In this document: piece after piece, positions 18,277-28,036 of the stretch
How positions within the stretch are numbered: position 1 is the first letter of the stretch
Layout of the letters: each line of letters starts with the position of its first letter
Origin: Patescibacteria group bacterium
Lineage (GTDB): Bacteria; Patescibacteriota; Patescibacteriia; Magasanikbacterales; UBA922
Direction: 5' to 3'
Assembly (NCBI GenBank): GCA_041651535.1
Contig: JBAZIZ010000002.1
Coordinates: forward strand, 1,006-65,005
Length of the DNA: 64,000 nucleotides
Program-made: the position numbers and the translations under genes
The notes under the pieces: model-generated
What the model saw: the letters and a program-made list of their open reading frames with translations, nothing else
The model's database searches: none
What the model was told of the DNA's origin: nothing

Positions 18277-19536
18277 CTAAATTATTTGGTTCATAAGTTT
18301 TCTCTGATAAGTTATCGCAAAGCGATGAGCTTCATCACGAGCTTGAATCAAAATTTTTTGATTTTTAAAAATCCATTTTATAACTTCCCTATCTTTTGTT
18401 CCCAAAATAAATTCATTTTTCTTTCTTTCTCTACCTTTAGCAATTCCAATAAGTGGAATATCCAAATCATTTTCTTTTAGAATTTTTTGCACTGTATTTA
18501 CTTGGGGTTTACCACCGTCAACTAAAATCAAATCCGGTTTTATAGAAAAACTATTTTTTGAATTAAACTTAAAATATTTTAATCTTCTTTCAAAAACTTC
18601 TTTCAGACAATCAACATCACTTTGTCCACTGACACTTTTTATCTTAAATTTTCGATAATCAGATTTCACTGCTAAACCTTTTTCAAATACGACTAAGCTG
18701 GCGACTTTATTTTTTTCACCTAAATTAGAAATATCATAAGCTTCAACCCTTTTAATAAAATTTTGATTTTCAATATTATTACTAACAAAATTTTTATTTA
18801 ATAAAGTAACATCGTAAATTTTTTTTAAATTATTAATTTGGTTTCTTAATCTGGCAGCTTCTTCAAAATTATTTTGTTTAGCCTCTGTTTTCATCTTTTT
18901 TTCTAATTTTTTAATTAAACCTTTTTTATTGCCATTTAAAAAATTTATTAAAGGGTTAATCACTTTATTTTTATAATCTTGAACTGAAATTTTACCAGTA
19001 CAAACTCCGAGACAGCGTCCAATTTGAAAATCCAAACAAGCCCGACGAGAACCTGGCTGACAAAAAGATATATGAAAAATCTTTTGTAAAATATTCATCA
19101 TTTCTTTTGTTTTTAATCCTGGATAAGGACCAAAAATTTTTTTATATTGTTTAATAATTTTTTTTTCATCTTGTTTTTGTAACAAAACATATTCATGCTG
19201 ACGCATAGTTTTGACTTGCGGATATTTTTCTTTACTAATCAAAATATAATTCCAAGATTTATCGTCTTTACCATCAATATTATATTTTGGTTGATATTTT
19301 TTTATTAAATTTGCTTCCAAAATAACAGCTTCTAAAACTGAATCGGTATTTAGAGTTTTGATTTCTTTTATTTCATGAATCATTTGTTCTATTGGCCGAT
19401 TAGTTTTTTGCGGACCAAAATAAGAACGAACTCTACTTTTTAAATTTGTCGCTTTACCTATATAAATTAATTCTTTTTTTGAATTATAAAATTTATAAAC
19501 ACCAGATGAATTGGAAATTTTATTTAAATTTATCAT
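18277..19536 (-). CDS. uvrC: Excinuclease ABC subunit C: GIY-YIG, UvrBC-interaction and RNase H-like endonuclease domains, lacking the C-terminal (HhH)2 domain.
   Basis: The N-terminal GIY-YIG region is GVYKFYNSKKELIYIGKATNLKSRVRSY. CQPGSRRACLDFQIGRCLGVC follows, then the UvrB-interacting FEEAARLRNQI motif and a C-terminal endonuclease domain. At 419 aa it is about 180 aa shorter than the canonical protein. Confidence 0.8.
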   Translation of the reverse strand: MINLNKISNSSGVYKFYNSKKELIYIGKATNLKSRVRSYFGPQKTNRPIEQMIHEIKEIKTLNTDSVLEAVILEANLIKKYQPKYNIDGKDDKSWNYILISKEKYPQVKTMRQHEYVLLQKQDEKKIIKQYKKIFGPYPGLKTKEMMNILQKIFHISFCQPGSRRACLDFQIGRCLGVCTGKISVQDYKNKVINPLINFLNGNKKGLIKKLEKKMKTEAKQNNFEEAARLRNQINNLKKIYDVTLLNKNFVSNNIENQNFIKRVEAYDISNLGEKNKVASLVVFEKGLAVKSDYRKFKIKSVSGQSDVDCLKEVFERRLKYFKFNSKNSFSIKPDLILVDGGKPQVNTVQKILKENDLDIPLIGIAKGRERKKNEFILGTKDREVIKWIFKNQKILIQARDEAHRFAITYQRKLMNQII

Positions 19537-19560
19537 AACAGAAATTAATAAATTAATTTA

Positions 19561-19675
19561 GTCTAAAGTCAAAAGTTTGATTATTCTCGATTTTAGATTT
19601 TTGATTTATGAATTAATTGTTAAATCTTAAATCTAGAATCAGAAATCTAAAATTATTTTTTGACTTTTTACTTTT
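19561..19675. repeat. Composite nested inverted-repeat element (MITE-like) between uvrA and uvrC.
   Basis: The outer arms are gtctaaagtcaaaag and cttttgacttttta (the GTCAAAAG family). The inner arms are gattttagattt and aaatctaaaatt, exact reverse complements about 45 nt apart. Confidence 0.45.
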
Positions 19676-22242
19676 TAATTTTGCATTTTTAATTTATTTT
19701 TTAAGTATTTTCCTGTTTCACTAAAACCGCTTATGGCTATTTGTTCTGGGGTTCCAACTGCCACAACTTCCCCACCTTTATCACCACCTTCGGGACCAAG
19801 ATCAATAATCCAATCAGCATTTTTTATCACTTCTAAATTATGCTCAATAACTAAAACTGTATTACCAGTAGAAACTAATCTTTGTAAAACTTCAATTAAT
19901 TTTTTTACATCTTCATAATGAAGTCCTGTTGTTGGTTCATCTAGCAAATATAATGTTTTACTAGTACTTTTTTTTGCTAATTCTTTACTAATTTTAATTC
20001 TCTGTGATTCGCCACCCGATAAAGTCTTAGCTGATTGTCCTAAAGTTAAATAACTTAATCCGACTTCATTTAAAACTTTTAATTTATCATAAACAATTGG
20101 AATATCTTGAAAAAATTCTTCTGCTTCTTCTATTGTCATGTTTAAGACATCCGCGATTGATTTATCTTTATAATGAACTTGCAAAGTTTCATTGTTAAAT
20201 CTTTTTCCTTTACAAACTTCGCAATCTACAGACACACTAGGCAAAAAATGCATTTCAATTTCTAATTGTCCTTTTCCTTCACAATGTTCACAACGTCCAC
20301 CAGGTACATTAAAACTAAAACGACCTGATTTATATCCACGTATTCTGGCTTCAGTAGTTGCTGCAAATAAATCACGAATATGTGTCCAAGCTCCAGTATA
20401 AGTAACAGGATTTGATCGTGGAGTTTTACCAATTGCTTTTTGATCAATTTTAATTATTTTATCTATATACTCAATATTTAAAATTTGTTTATGTTTACCA
20501 ACTCTTTTATTACTTCTGTTTAATTTATTAAATACTGAACGATATAAAATTTTATTCATCAAAGTTGATTTACCAGATCCAGAAACACCAGTTAAACAAA
20601 CAAATCTTTTGAGTGGAATTTCTACATCAATATTTTTTAAATTATTTTCGCTTGCTCCTTTAATTTTTATTTTTGGTGTATCATTATCAACTTTTCGTCT
20701 TTTTTCTGGAATTTTTATTTTTTCTTCACCACGCAAATACTTGGCTGTAAGAGATTTTTTGTAATCACCAAAAACTTGGCAATCAAAATATTTATTTTCA
20801 TTTTTTTTATTTTCTAACATTTCTTTTACAGGTCCAGAATAAATTATTTTACCACCATGAATTCCTGCTTTTGGACCTATATCTACTATCCAATCACTAG
20901 TTAAAATTGTATCTTCATCATGTTCTACAACAATAATAGTATTTCCAGAATCACATAAATTTCTTAAAGTTGAAACTAATTGGTTATTATCTTTTTGATG
21001 AAGACCAATAGTTGGTTCATCCAAAACATATAGTGCTCCAACCAATTTTTGGCCAACTTGAGAAGCCAATCTGATTCTTTGTGACTCGCCACCTGACAAA
21101 GTTCCAGCTGATCTGTTTAAAGTTAGATAATGAAGTCCTACATTAAACATAAAATTTAAGCGATTGTTAATTTCATTCAAAGCTCCACTGGCAATCTCTA
21201 ATTTTTTATTATTTAAATTAAAAAATAATTTTTCAAAAAAAACTTTAGCTTCCGAAATAGTCAGATTAGTTACTTCCCAAATATTTTTATCTGCAATTTT
21301 TACTGCTAAAGCATTTTCATTTAATCTTTTTCCTTGACATTTTGGGCAAGGTTCTTCACTAAATAATTCTTTTGTACCTAAACCAGAACAATAATCACAA
21401 TATCCATACGGGCTATTGAAACTAAAAAGTCGAGGTTCAATTTCAGGAAAAGAAAATCCATCTTTTGGACAAGAATATTCAGTACTATAAATAAATTCTT
21501 CTTTACCAAAATTTACTGTACACAAACCATTAGCTAAATCAATAGCAGTTTCAATAGCTTCAAACAATCTTTGTTCCTCATCTTTTGTCCAAGTTTTAAT
21601 ATTTAAAATTCTATCAACTAAAACCTCAATATTGTGTTTTTTATTTTTTGATAAAACTATTCTCTCTTTTAAACTTTTCATCTTCCCGTCAACTCTAACT
21701 TCCAAAAAACCAGAATTATACAAGTCATAAAGCATTTGATAATATTCACCTTTTCGCCCACGGACGACTGGAGAAAAAATTAAAATTTCTTTAGTTGTTT
21801 TGATTTTTTCCTTTTGTTCAATAATTCGATTATATATTTCATCAACTGACATTTTTTCTATTTTAGAACCACAGATTGGACAATGTGGTTCACCAATTCT
21901 AGCAAACAAAACACGAAGATAATCATAAATTTCAGTAATTGTTGCTACAGTTGAACGAGGATTAGCACTGTGTGCTTTTTGATCTATAGCGATTGCTGGT
22001 GACAAACCATCAATTTCATCAACATCTGGTTTTTGCATTCCACCTAAAAATTGTCGAGCATAAGCAGACAAACTTTCTATGTATCTTCTTTGTCCTTCGG
22101 CAAAAATAGTATCAAAAGCTAAGCTTGACTTTCCTGAACCAGACAAACCTGTAAAAACTATCATTTTATTTCGTGGCAAATCTAAATCAATATTTTTTAA
22201 ATTATGTTCTCGCGCTCCACGAATTTTTATTTTATCTTGCAT
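19675..22242 (-). CDS. uvrA: Excinuclease ABC subunit A.
   Basis: Two ABC ATPase modules carry Walker A (GLSGSGKSSLAFDT and GVSGSGKSTL), two signature motifs (LSGGESQRI), and zinc-finger cysteines. The start is set at the internal Met (MQDKIKIRGAREHNL), which aligns with the E. coli N-terminus MDKIEVRGARTHNL. The track ORF extends to 22275. Confidence 0.9.
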   Translation of the reverse strand: MQDKIKIRGAREHNLKNIDLDLPRNKMIVFTGLSGSGKSSLAFDTIFAEGQRRYIESLSAYARQFLGGMQKPDVDEIDGLSPAIAIDQKAHSANPRSTVATITEIYDYLRVLFARIGEPHCPICGSKIEKMSVDEIYNRIIEQKEKIKTTKEILIFSPVVRGRKGEYYQMLYDLYNSGFLEVRVDGKMKSLKERIVLSKNKKHNIEVLVDRILNIKTWTKDEEQRLFEAIETAIDLANGLCTVNFGKEEFIYSTEYSCPKDGFSFPEIEPRLFSFNSPYGYCDYCSGLGTKELFSEEPCPKCQGKRLNENALAVKIADKNIWEVTNLTISEAKVFFEKLFFNLNNKKLEIASGALNEINNRLNFMFNVGLHYLTLNRSAGTLSGGESQRIRLASQVGQKLVGALYVLDEPTIGLHQKDNNQLVSTLRNLCDSGNTIIVVEHDEDTILTSDWIVDIGPKAGIHGGKIIYSGPVKEMLENKKNENKYFDCQVFGDYKKSLTAKYLRGEEKIKIPEKRRKVDNDTPKIKIKGASENNLKNIDVEIPLKRFVCLTGVSGSGKSTLMNKILYRSVFNKLNRSNKRVGKHKQILNIEYIDKIIKIDQKAIGKTPRSNPVTYTGAWTHIRDLFAATTEARIRGYKSGRFSFNVPGGRCEHCEGKGQLEIEMHFLPSVSVDCEVCKGKRFNNETLQVHYKDKSIADVLNMTIEEAEEFFQDIPIVYDKLKVLNEVGLSYLTLGQSAKTLSGGESQRIKISKELAKKSTSKTLYLLDEPTTGLHYEDVKKLIEVLQRLVSTGNTVLVIEHNLEVIKNADWIIDLGPEGGDKGGEVVAVGTPEQIAISGFSETGKYLKNKLKMQN

Positions 22243-22345
22243 AAAAAATCTATATAGCAAAAATTGACCTTGCAAAAGGTCTTTTATAAAAAATATAAAA
22301 AGAACAATTATTTATATAATACTAATTTAATATGTTTTTGTCAAG

Positions 22346-22376
22346 AAATAAAAAACGCCTTTTTACAAAAGCGTTT
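22346..22376 (-). terminator. Rho-independent terminator after the YtxH-like gene.
   Basis: On the minus strand, a 6-bp stem (aaacgc / gcgttt) with a 12-nt loop is followed by TTTTTTATTT. Confidence 0.5.
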
Positions 22377-22387
22377 CAAATTATAAT

Positions 22388-22711
22388 TTATTTATTTTTT
22401 TTCTTTTCAGTTTCAATTTTACTCCACTGTGATTTTACTATCTTACTTACCATATCACGAATTGTATCTGCTAAATCATTTTCGACTGCGTATTTATCAA
22501 CTATTTTTTCTACAATTTTATAATATTCATTTTTAGTAAGTTTTTCCCAGCCTTCAGAAGCCATTATTTTTGTTTTAACTTCTTCATAAACTTCAGAAGC
22601 ATAATTTATCATTTGTTCTCTGACTTCTTTGCCTTTTTTAGTAGCACTAAGCCACATAAGTCCAGCTCCTAATAAACCACCTAAAACTAAACCTTTATTA
22701 AATTTTCCCAT
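22388..22711 (-). CDS. YtxH-like (DUF948) small membrane-anchored protein.
   Basis: A Gly-rich N-terminal helix (GLVLGGLLGAGLMWL) is followed by a charged helical region, as is typical of YtxH proteins. Confidence 0.55.
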   Translation of the reverse strand: MGKFNKGLVLGGLLGAGLMWLSATKKGKEVREQMINYASEVYEEVKTKIMASEGWEKLTKNEYYKIVEKIVDKYAVENDLADTIRDMVSKIVKSQWSKIETEKKKNK

Positions 22712-22829
22712 ATAAAATAGTTAATTATTAATGAATTTATTATAGCAAAAAATGGATTTAGAGTCAAAAAATAATATAAATAAAAAGACGCCCATCAAAG
22801 AGCGCCTATAAAATGAGACAAAAAGAAAA

Positions 22830-23366
22830 TTATTCTTTTTTCTTTTTGATGGGGAGAATACATCTGTCGTAAACTGGACATTTTTCACAGTTATGCTGAA
22901 CATTTTCTCTTATTTTAGATATAAGAGAAAAGATTTCTCCCAGTTCATGAACATCATCGTCGGAATTTTCTATTGTATTTTTTCCGACAATCTTCCAGCC
23001 CGCTCTGATTCCGATAGTATCGAAATCAGTGGACAGCCTCTGATGAAGGCTTTTCCAGAAGATTTTATCTACAATTGAGATCTCCCCCTCTATTGTCTCA
23101 ATTTTAGAAATAATTTCCTGAATTTTGACGATACTGAACGGTTCTTCTTTTATTTTTTTCAGCTCTTCTATGAGCTGATTTCTCCTTGAAAGGATTGCTT
23201 TTTCGTAATCAGTGAGTTCACCGATTACTTTTTCTTCTTCACCGATTTTTTCAGTGGGTTCCCCCTTCCACTGGCCGCTCTCAAAAATTTCATTAATTTT
23301 TGAAAAGAATGTTCCTTTTTGGGCTTCTCTTAAATCTTTCATTTTTCTCCCCTTTTTTTGATTCAT
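22830..23366 (-). CDS. Hypothetical 178-aa protein with a C-terminal Cys motif (HNCEKCPVYDRC); the segment is GC-richer.
   Basis: A clean ORF with elevated GC relative to its neighbours. The four Cys/His residues could form a zinc ribbon. Confidence 0.45.
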   Translation of the reverse strand: MNQKKGRKMKDLREAQKGTFFSKINEIFESGQWKGEPTEKIGEEEKVIGELTDYEKAILSRRNQLIEELKKIKEEPFSIVKIQEIISKIETIEGEISIVDKIFWKSLHQRLSTDFDTIGIRAGWKIVGKNTIENSDDDVHELGEIFSLISKIRENVQHNCEKCPVYDRCILPIKKKKE

Positions 23367-23472
23367 AATGAGCGACTTTCTTTACATACTGTAAAAAAAG
23401 TTCCGATTACTTTAACATAAATTTTTATTTTTGTCAATTATTTAAAGAGTTTACACTCTCTTTTTTTATTCG

Positions 23473-23543
23473 CTCGGAGACAAGGATTTGAACCCTGATA
23501 AACTGGACCAGAACCAGTTGTCCTACCATTAGACGATCTCCGA
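23473..23543 (-). tRNA. tRNA-Gln (anticodon CUG); CCA is not encoded.
   Basis: I folded it by hand on the minus strand. The acceptor stem is TCGGAGA/TCTCCGA (7 bp). The D-arm is GTCT-AATGGTA-GGAC. The anticodon stem is ACTGG/CCAGT with loop TTCTGGT (U33, then C-T-G). The T-arm is CAGGG-TTCAAAT-CCTTG, and the discriminator is G. Confidence 0.85.
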
Positions 23544-23676
23544 ATGTTTCATACCGTTAGACCCGTCCGCCATGGCTTCGCTGTAGGCGTGTCGGGTGGG
23601 CGATCTCCAAATATTAAATTAAAAATATAATAATAAATTTAAATATTTTTTGCAAGAGTTAAAAATAAAAAAATCT

Positions 23677-24870
23677 TTAATTAATTTTATTTAAAAACTC
23701 ACTTATTTTTTTGTAATATTCTGCTTCATTATTTTCTTTTTTTTCATTAACAATTTTATCAAATTCTCGCAAAAAACCACGGCCCAGCACTGATTCAATT
23801 TTTTTTAAATATAAAGTATTTCCTGCAAAAAAAGCTTTTTGCAAGTTTTGCCACTCTTCTTTTTTTACTTCTTCAAAAGAAATATTTTTATTTTTTAAAC
23901 TATTTTGAGCTAATTTGTCCAAAATAAAATCTAAAACTTTTATTTCTTCAAAATATGAAGTTTTATCTTTTTTATCACCTAAATAAGAATTTCCCACAAA
24001 ATTATTTTTATTTTCTGAAAAATCTTTTACAGTGTATTCATAATAATATTTTTTTACACCTTCAAAACCACCAAATTTATGATAATCATTTAATACATCT
24101 TGGTCTTCTTTTACATATTCTAACCAAACTTTTTCGCCTACTTTATTCATTAAATTAATTTTGGCTAATCTAAGATTTTTTATTTGCATAGAAATTTCAT
24201 CACTTATTTTTTCAATTTCAGAATAATCTTTTTGGAGATCAGACAAAAGAAAATCTTTTTTTTGCTGATAAATTTCATCACTTATTTTTTCAGTTATAGC
24301 TTCGTCCAAACCAGACAAAACATTTTTTATTTTTCCTTCTCCTTCTCTATGCGGAAAAAGCCAAAAAGAATTAAAACCTATTCTAGAAATTCTTTTAGAA
24401 AAATCGGCAACATTTTTTTGATTTTTTGCTGAAGATTGAAAATGGATAAGTTCATGAATTATAATTTCCAATCTAGGGACATCAGCAAAACGTTTAATTT
24501 CAATTTTTTGTTCAAAATCGTTATAATTACCGACTGTTTGTGAAGAAAAAAGATTTTTATTTTTGTTATCATTATTCATCCACATAATATTTTCAATTGG
24601 AAAATCATAAGAATTAACACCAAGTTGTTCATTGTGCTCTTTGATATATTTATTTGCTAAAAAAGTGACGGCTCTCAATTCTTGCAAACTATATTCTTTT
24701 TCTTTTTGTGCCAGTTCTTCCATTTTTTCTTGAAACATTTCATCAAATTCAGATAAGTAAGCCAATTCTTTTTTAATCTGGTTTTCACTTTTTATTTCTG
24801 ATTTTTTATTATCTGTAATATTTTTTTGTTCTGCCAAAAAAATATTAGGTCTTTCTATTATTTGTTCCAT
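23677..24870 (-). CDS. Hypothetical 397-aa protein with an HExxH motif (IIHELIHF), a possible zinc metallopeptidase-like protein.
   Basis: A single HELIH motif sits in a K/E-rich protein. No signal peptide is obvious. Confidence 0.5.
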   Translation of the reverse strand: MEQIIERPNIFLAEQKNITDNKKSEIKSENQIKKELAYLSEFDEMFQEKMEELAQKEKEYSLQELRAVTFLANKYIKEHNEQLGVNSYDFPIENIMWMNNDNKNKNLFSSQTVGNYNDFEQKIEIKRFADVPRLEIIIHELIHFQSSAKNQKNVADFSKRISRIGFNSFWLFPHREGEGKIKNVLSGLDEAITEKISDEIYQQKKDFLLSDLQKDYSEIEKISDEISMQIKNLRLAKINLMNKVGEKVWLEYVKEDQDVLNDYHKFGGFEGVKKYYYEYTVKDFSENKNNFVGNSYLGDKKDKTSYFEEIKVLDFILDKLAQNSLKNKNISFEEVKKEEWQNLQKAFFAGNTLYLKKIESVLGRGFLREFDKIVNEKKENNEAEYYKKISEFLNKIN

Positions 24871-26009
24871 ACTTTTTTATATTCTTCTTCTAATTTTTTA
24901 ATTATATTTTTCCATGAATATTTTTCTTCTGTCACTTCCCTGACTTGTTTTTTTAATTCTTGTCTATCTTCTGAAAAATAAATAAAAATCTTTTTTGCTA
25001 AATCTTCATAATCCCCTGGTTTAATTAAAAATCCTCCATCATTAGCGACTGTTCTCACTCCTGGTAAATCACTAGCAATAACTGGAACGCCACTCGCCAT
25101 GGCTTCAAGTAAAACTAAACCAAAAGCTTCAGCTTGGTTGATTGAAGGTAAAACAAAAAGATCAGCCAAATTATAATAAAAAGGCAATTTTTCATTACTA
25201 ATCGAACCAACAAAACGAACAGCATCTTTCAAACCAAAAGCTTTTGCTTTCAATTCATAATCTTCTCGCAGATTTCCATCACCGACAAAAATAGCTTGAA
25301 AATCAAAATTATTTTTTTTCAAAATTAAAAGTGATTTTAATAATATATCAACGCCTTTAAAATAATGGGCACTATCCATTCCACCGACAAATAAAATTGT
25401 TGGTTTTTCTAATGACAGATTAAGTTGTAAAGATAAATCTTCATTTTTTTGTCGTGGTTGAAATCTGTCAGTATCAACACCTAAAGGAAGTTCAAAAAAG
25501 ACATTTGAATTTTTCTGAAATAATTTTCCAGCATCAGAATTTTTTAAATAATCAAAAGAAGTAACTTGAATTTTATCAGCAACTGCTAACACTCTTTTTA
25601 ATCCAAATTTAGCATTGATTTTAAACAAAAAACCTTTTAAACCATCACCACGATTATCCATATGATAAGTAATAAACAATTTTTTTTCCGGATTTTTTAT
25701 TTTCCAATTTTTAACAATTCCGGCCGAACCAAAAAAAGGATAATGTAAATGTACAATATCAAAATTATTTAATTCTTTTTTTAAATCTGACAAATAAGCG
25801 GCATTGCCATATTTAAATGGGGTTTTCAGACGATTAACAAAATCTTCAGTTTTTTCTTTTTCAATTTTAGATTCAAATTCAGAATAAAAAGGCGTAAAAA
25901 CTTCAACTTCATGACCAAGATCAGTCAAACCACTTGCCATTTCAAAAGCAACATTTCCCATGCCACCTGTATAAGGAGGATAAACACAAACAATATGCGC
26001 AATTTTCAT
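24858..26009 (-). CDS. Glycosyltransferase family 4 (GT-B fold).
   Basis: The N-terminal MKIAHIVCVYPPYTGGMGNVAFE and the C-terminal EAFGLVLLEAMASGVPVIASD are GT4 signatures. Confidence 0.8.
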   Translation of the reverse strand: MKIAHIVCVYPPYTGGMGNVAFEMASGLTDLGHEVEVFTPFYSEFESKIEKEKTEDFVNRLKTPFKYGNAAYLSDLKKELNNFDIVHLHYPFFGSAGIVKNWKIKNPEKKLFITYHMDNRGDGLKGFLFKINAKFGLKRVLAVADKIQVTSFDYLKNSDAGKLFQKNSNVFFELPLGVDTDRFQPRQKNEDLSLQLNLSLEKPTILFVGGMDSAHYFKGVDILLKSLLILKKNNFDFQAIFVGDGNLREDYELKAKAFGLKDAVRFVGSISNEKLPFYYNLADLFVLPSINQAEAFGLVLLEAMASGVPVIASDLPGVRTVANDGGFLIKPGDYEDLAKKIFIYFSEDRQELKKQVREVTEEKYSWKNIIKKLEEEYKKVWNK

Positions 26010-26015
26010 AAAAAA

Positions 26016-26336
26016 TTATTTTAAACTATCTTGTCTAACAATTTTTGTCAAATCTTTTTTCAATCCTTCAATTTTTATATTAAGTTTAAACAAAACGAAA
26101 AAAATTATAATAATTGAACTGTAAATAACTAAATCAACACCACGACCAATTCCTAAATAATCAGCAATTTTTTGGACACTTTCTGGCCAAATAATCACTG
26201 ACACAGTTAATAACCAAAAACAAATCCAAAAAAATTTTCCTTTTTTCCCCAGAAAACCTTGCTGAGATTTTTGCCAAACATTAAAAATCGCGAACAGAGC
26301 AAAAACTATAAAAATAATTTGAAATAAAATAATCAT
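26016..26336 (-). CDS. Small DUF2304-like integral membrane protein, commonly paired with GT2 enzymes.
   Basis: A 106-aa protein with three predicted TM helices, immediately adjacent to the GT2 gene. Confidence 0.5.
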   Translation of the reverse strand: MIILFQIIFIVFALFAIFNVWQKSQQGFLGKKGKFFWICFWLLTVSVIIWPESVQKIADYLGIGRGVDLVIYSSIIIIFFVLFKLNIKIEGLKKDLTKIVRQDSLK

Positions 26337-26343
26337 AAAAATT

Positions 26344-27000
26344 CTAATAAAATTTACTTAAAAATAAATCTTTAATAATTTTAAGTCCACCAAAAAATCC
26401 TTGCCCTGTTTCGTAATAAATAACTTTGATTGGAAATTCACCATAATTTAATTTATGAATTTTAATTTGACCGACAATTTCAGTCGCATGAGCCATTTTG
26501 TTTTGTCTAATTCTAATTTTTTCTAGAGCTGTTTTATTTAAAATTCTAAAACCATTATGAACATCACTTAATTTTAAACCTGTAAAAAATTTGTCTATAA
26601 TTTTAGAAACTGGAAACAAAAAATATTTTTTTACAAATGGAATATTTGTTCTCGTATCTAAAAAACGACTACCAAGCAAAATATCTAAATTTTTTTCTTT
26701 TAAATGTTTTAAAGCTGGTAAAATATCTTCTGGACAAAATTGTCCATCGCCATCAAAATGTAAAACAAAATCAGCTCTTTTTTTTCTAGCATATTCATGA
26801 CCAGTTTCGAGTGCTGCTCCTTGTCCTAAATTTATTTTATGTCTCAAAACAGTAGCACCAGCACTAACAGCTTTTTCAGCTGTTAAATCCGAGGAACAAT
26901 CGTCGACAACTACAACTTCATTCACAACAGTTAAAAGATTAGAAATTACTTCTGTAATTCTTTTTTCTTCATTAAAAGCTGGTACAATCGCAATAAACAT
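26344..27000 (-). CDS. Glycosyltransferase family 2 (polyprenyl-phosphate sugar synthase-like).
   Basis: IAIVPAFNEEKRI...VVVVDDCSSD...DGDGQ are the DxD and GT-A motifs typical of DPM1-like GT2 enzymes. Confidence 0.8.
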   Translation of the reverse strand: MFIAIVPAFNEEKRITEVISNLLTVVNEVVVVDDCSSDLTAEKAVSAGATVLRHKINLGQGAALETGHEYARKKRADFVLHFDGDGQFCPEDILPALKHLKEKNLDILLGSRFLDTRTNIPFVKKYFLFPVSKIIDKFFTGLKLSDVHNGFRILNKTALEKIRIRQNKMAHATEIVGQIKIHKLNYGEFPIKVIYYETGQGFFGGLKIIKDLFLSKFY

Positions 27001-27005
27001 AGAAA

Positions 27006-28013
27006 TTATAATAATTCTTTATTAGCAATAGTATAATCAATAGTTTTTCTAAGTCCAGTTTCTATATTGATAAGTGGAAGCCAGCCTAATTTTTCTTTAG
27101 CAGCTCGCAGATCAGGCACTCCTTTTTTGCTCAAAAATACTAAAGGAGCTTCATATCTTATTTTTGATTTAGAACCAGTCATTTCAATTATTTTTCTAGC
27201 AATATCACCAATTTTATAAGCCTGATCATAACCCAAATTTATTAATTTTACATCTTCATCAGATGACATAAGACGAACTAAACCATCTATTAAATCACTG
27301 ACATAACATAGTGATTGTTCCATTGAATCATCACCATAAATTACTAAATCACGACCTTCAATAGCATCCAAAATAAAATCTGGAATCAAAAGACCATCGC
27401 GTAATTTCATTCTTGGTCCATAAACAGTAAAAATACGGGCAATTTTTGCGTCTATTTTAAAAACTTGTCTGTAAGTATCAACACAAGTTTCAGCAAATCT
27501 TTTGCCTTCGTCATAACAAGCACGTGGACTTAAATGATGAACGATTCCTTCATATTCTTCGGAAAAAACTTCACCAAAAACTTTTGGCTCACCATAAATT
27601 ACAGAACTGGAACCAAAAACATATTTGGCTTTATATTCTACAGCCAAATCTAAAGTATTTACCATAGCCCGAGAATTAGCATGCAAAGAATGTATTTTAT
27701 AATCTTCAAAATTTTTTGGGCTAGTTGGACAAGCTAAATGATAAATTTCTTGAATTCCTTGAAATCTAACTTTAAATTTATCCAATTCTGGAAAAGATTG
27801 AATATCAATTTTTTTATTAACATCATAACGTATAAATTCAAAATCAGGATATTGTAATAAATGTTTTATATTATTTAAATTGGAATTTGATAAATCATCA
27901 ATACAAATTACTTTTGCTTCTTTGAGAAGTCTTTCACAAAGATGCGAACCAATAAAACCAGCACCACCAGTGACTATCACATTTTTTTTCTCAAAAATTG
28001 GTGTATTATTCAT
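27006..28013 (-). CDS. NAD-dependent sugar-nucleotide epimerase/dehydratase (UDP-glucuronate decarboxylase-like, SDR family).
   Basis: A Rossmann motif (VTGGAGFIGSHL), the YxxxK catalytic region, and UXS-like length and layout. Confidence 0.8.
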   Translation of the reverse strand: MNNTPIFEKKNVIVTGGAGFIGSHLCERLLKEAKVICIDDLSNSNLNNIKHLLQYPDFEFIRYDVNKKIDIQSFPELDKFKVRFQGIQEIYHLACPTSPKNFEDYKIHSLHANSRAMVNTLDLAVEYKAKYVFGSSSVIYGEPKVFGEVFSEEYEGIVHHLSPRACYDEGKRFAETCVDTYRQVFKIDAKIARIFTVYGPRMKLRDGLLIPDFILDAIEGRDLVIYGDDSMEQSLCYVSDLIDGLVRLMSSDEDVKLINLGYDQAYKIGDIARKIIEMTGSKSKIRYEAPLVFLSKKGVPDLRAAKEKLGWLPLINIETGLRKTIDYTIANKELL

Positions 28014-28036
28014 AAAAAATATTTAAAAAAATAAAA

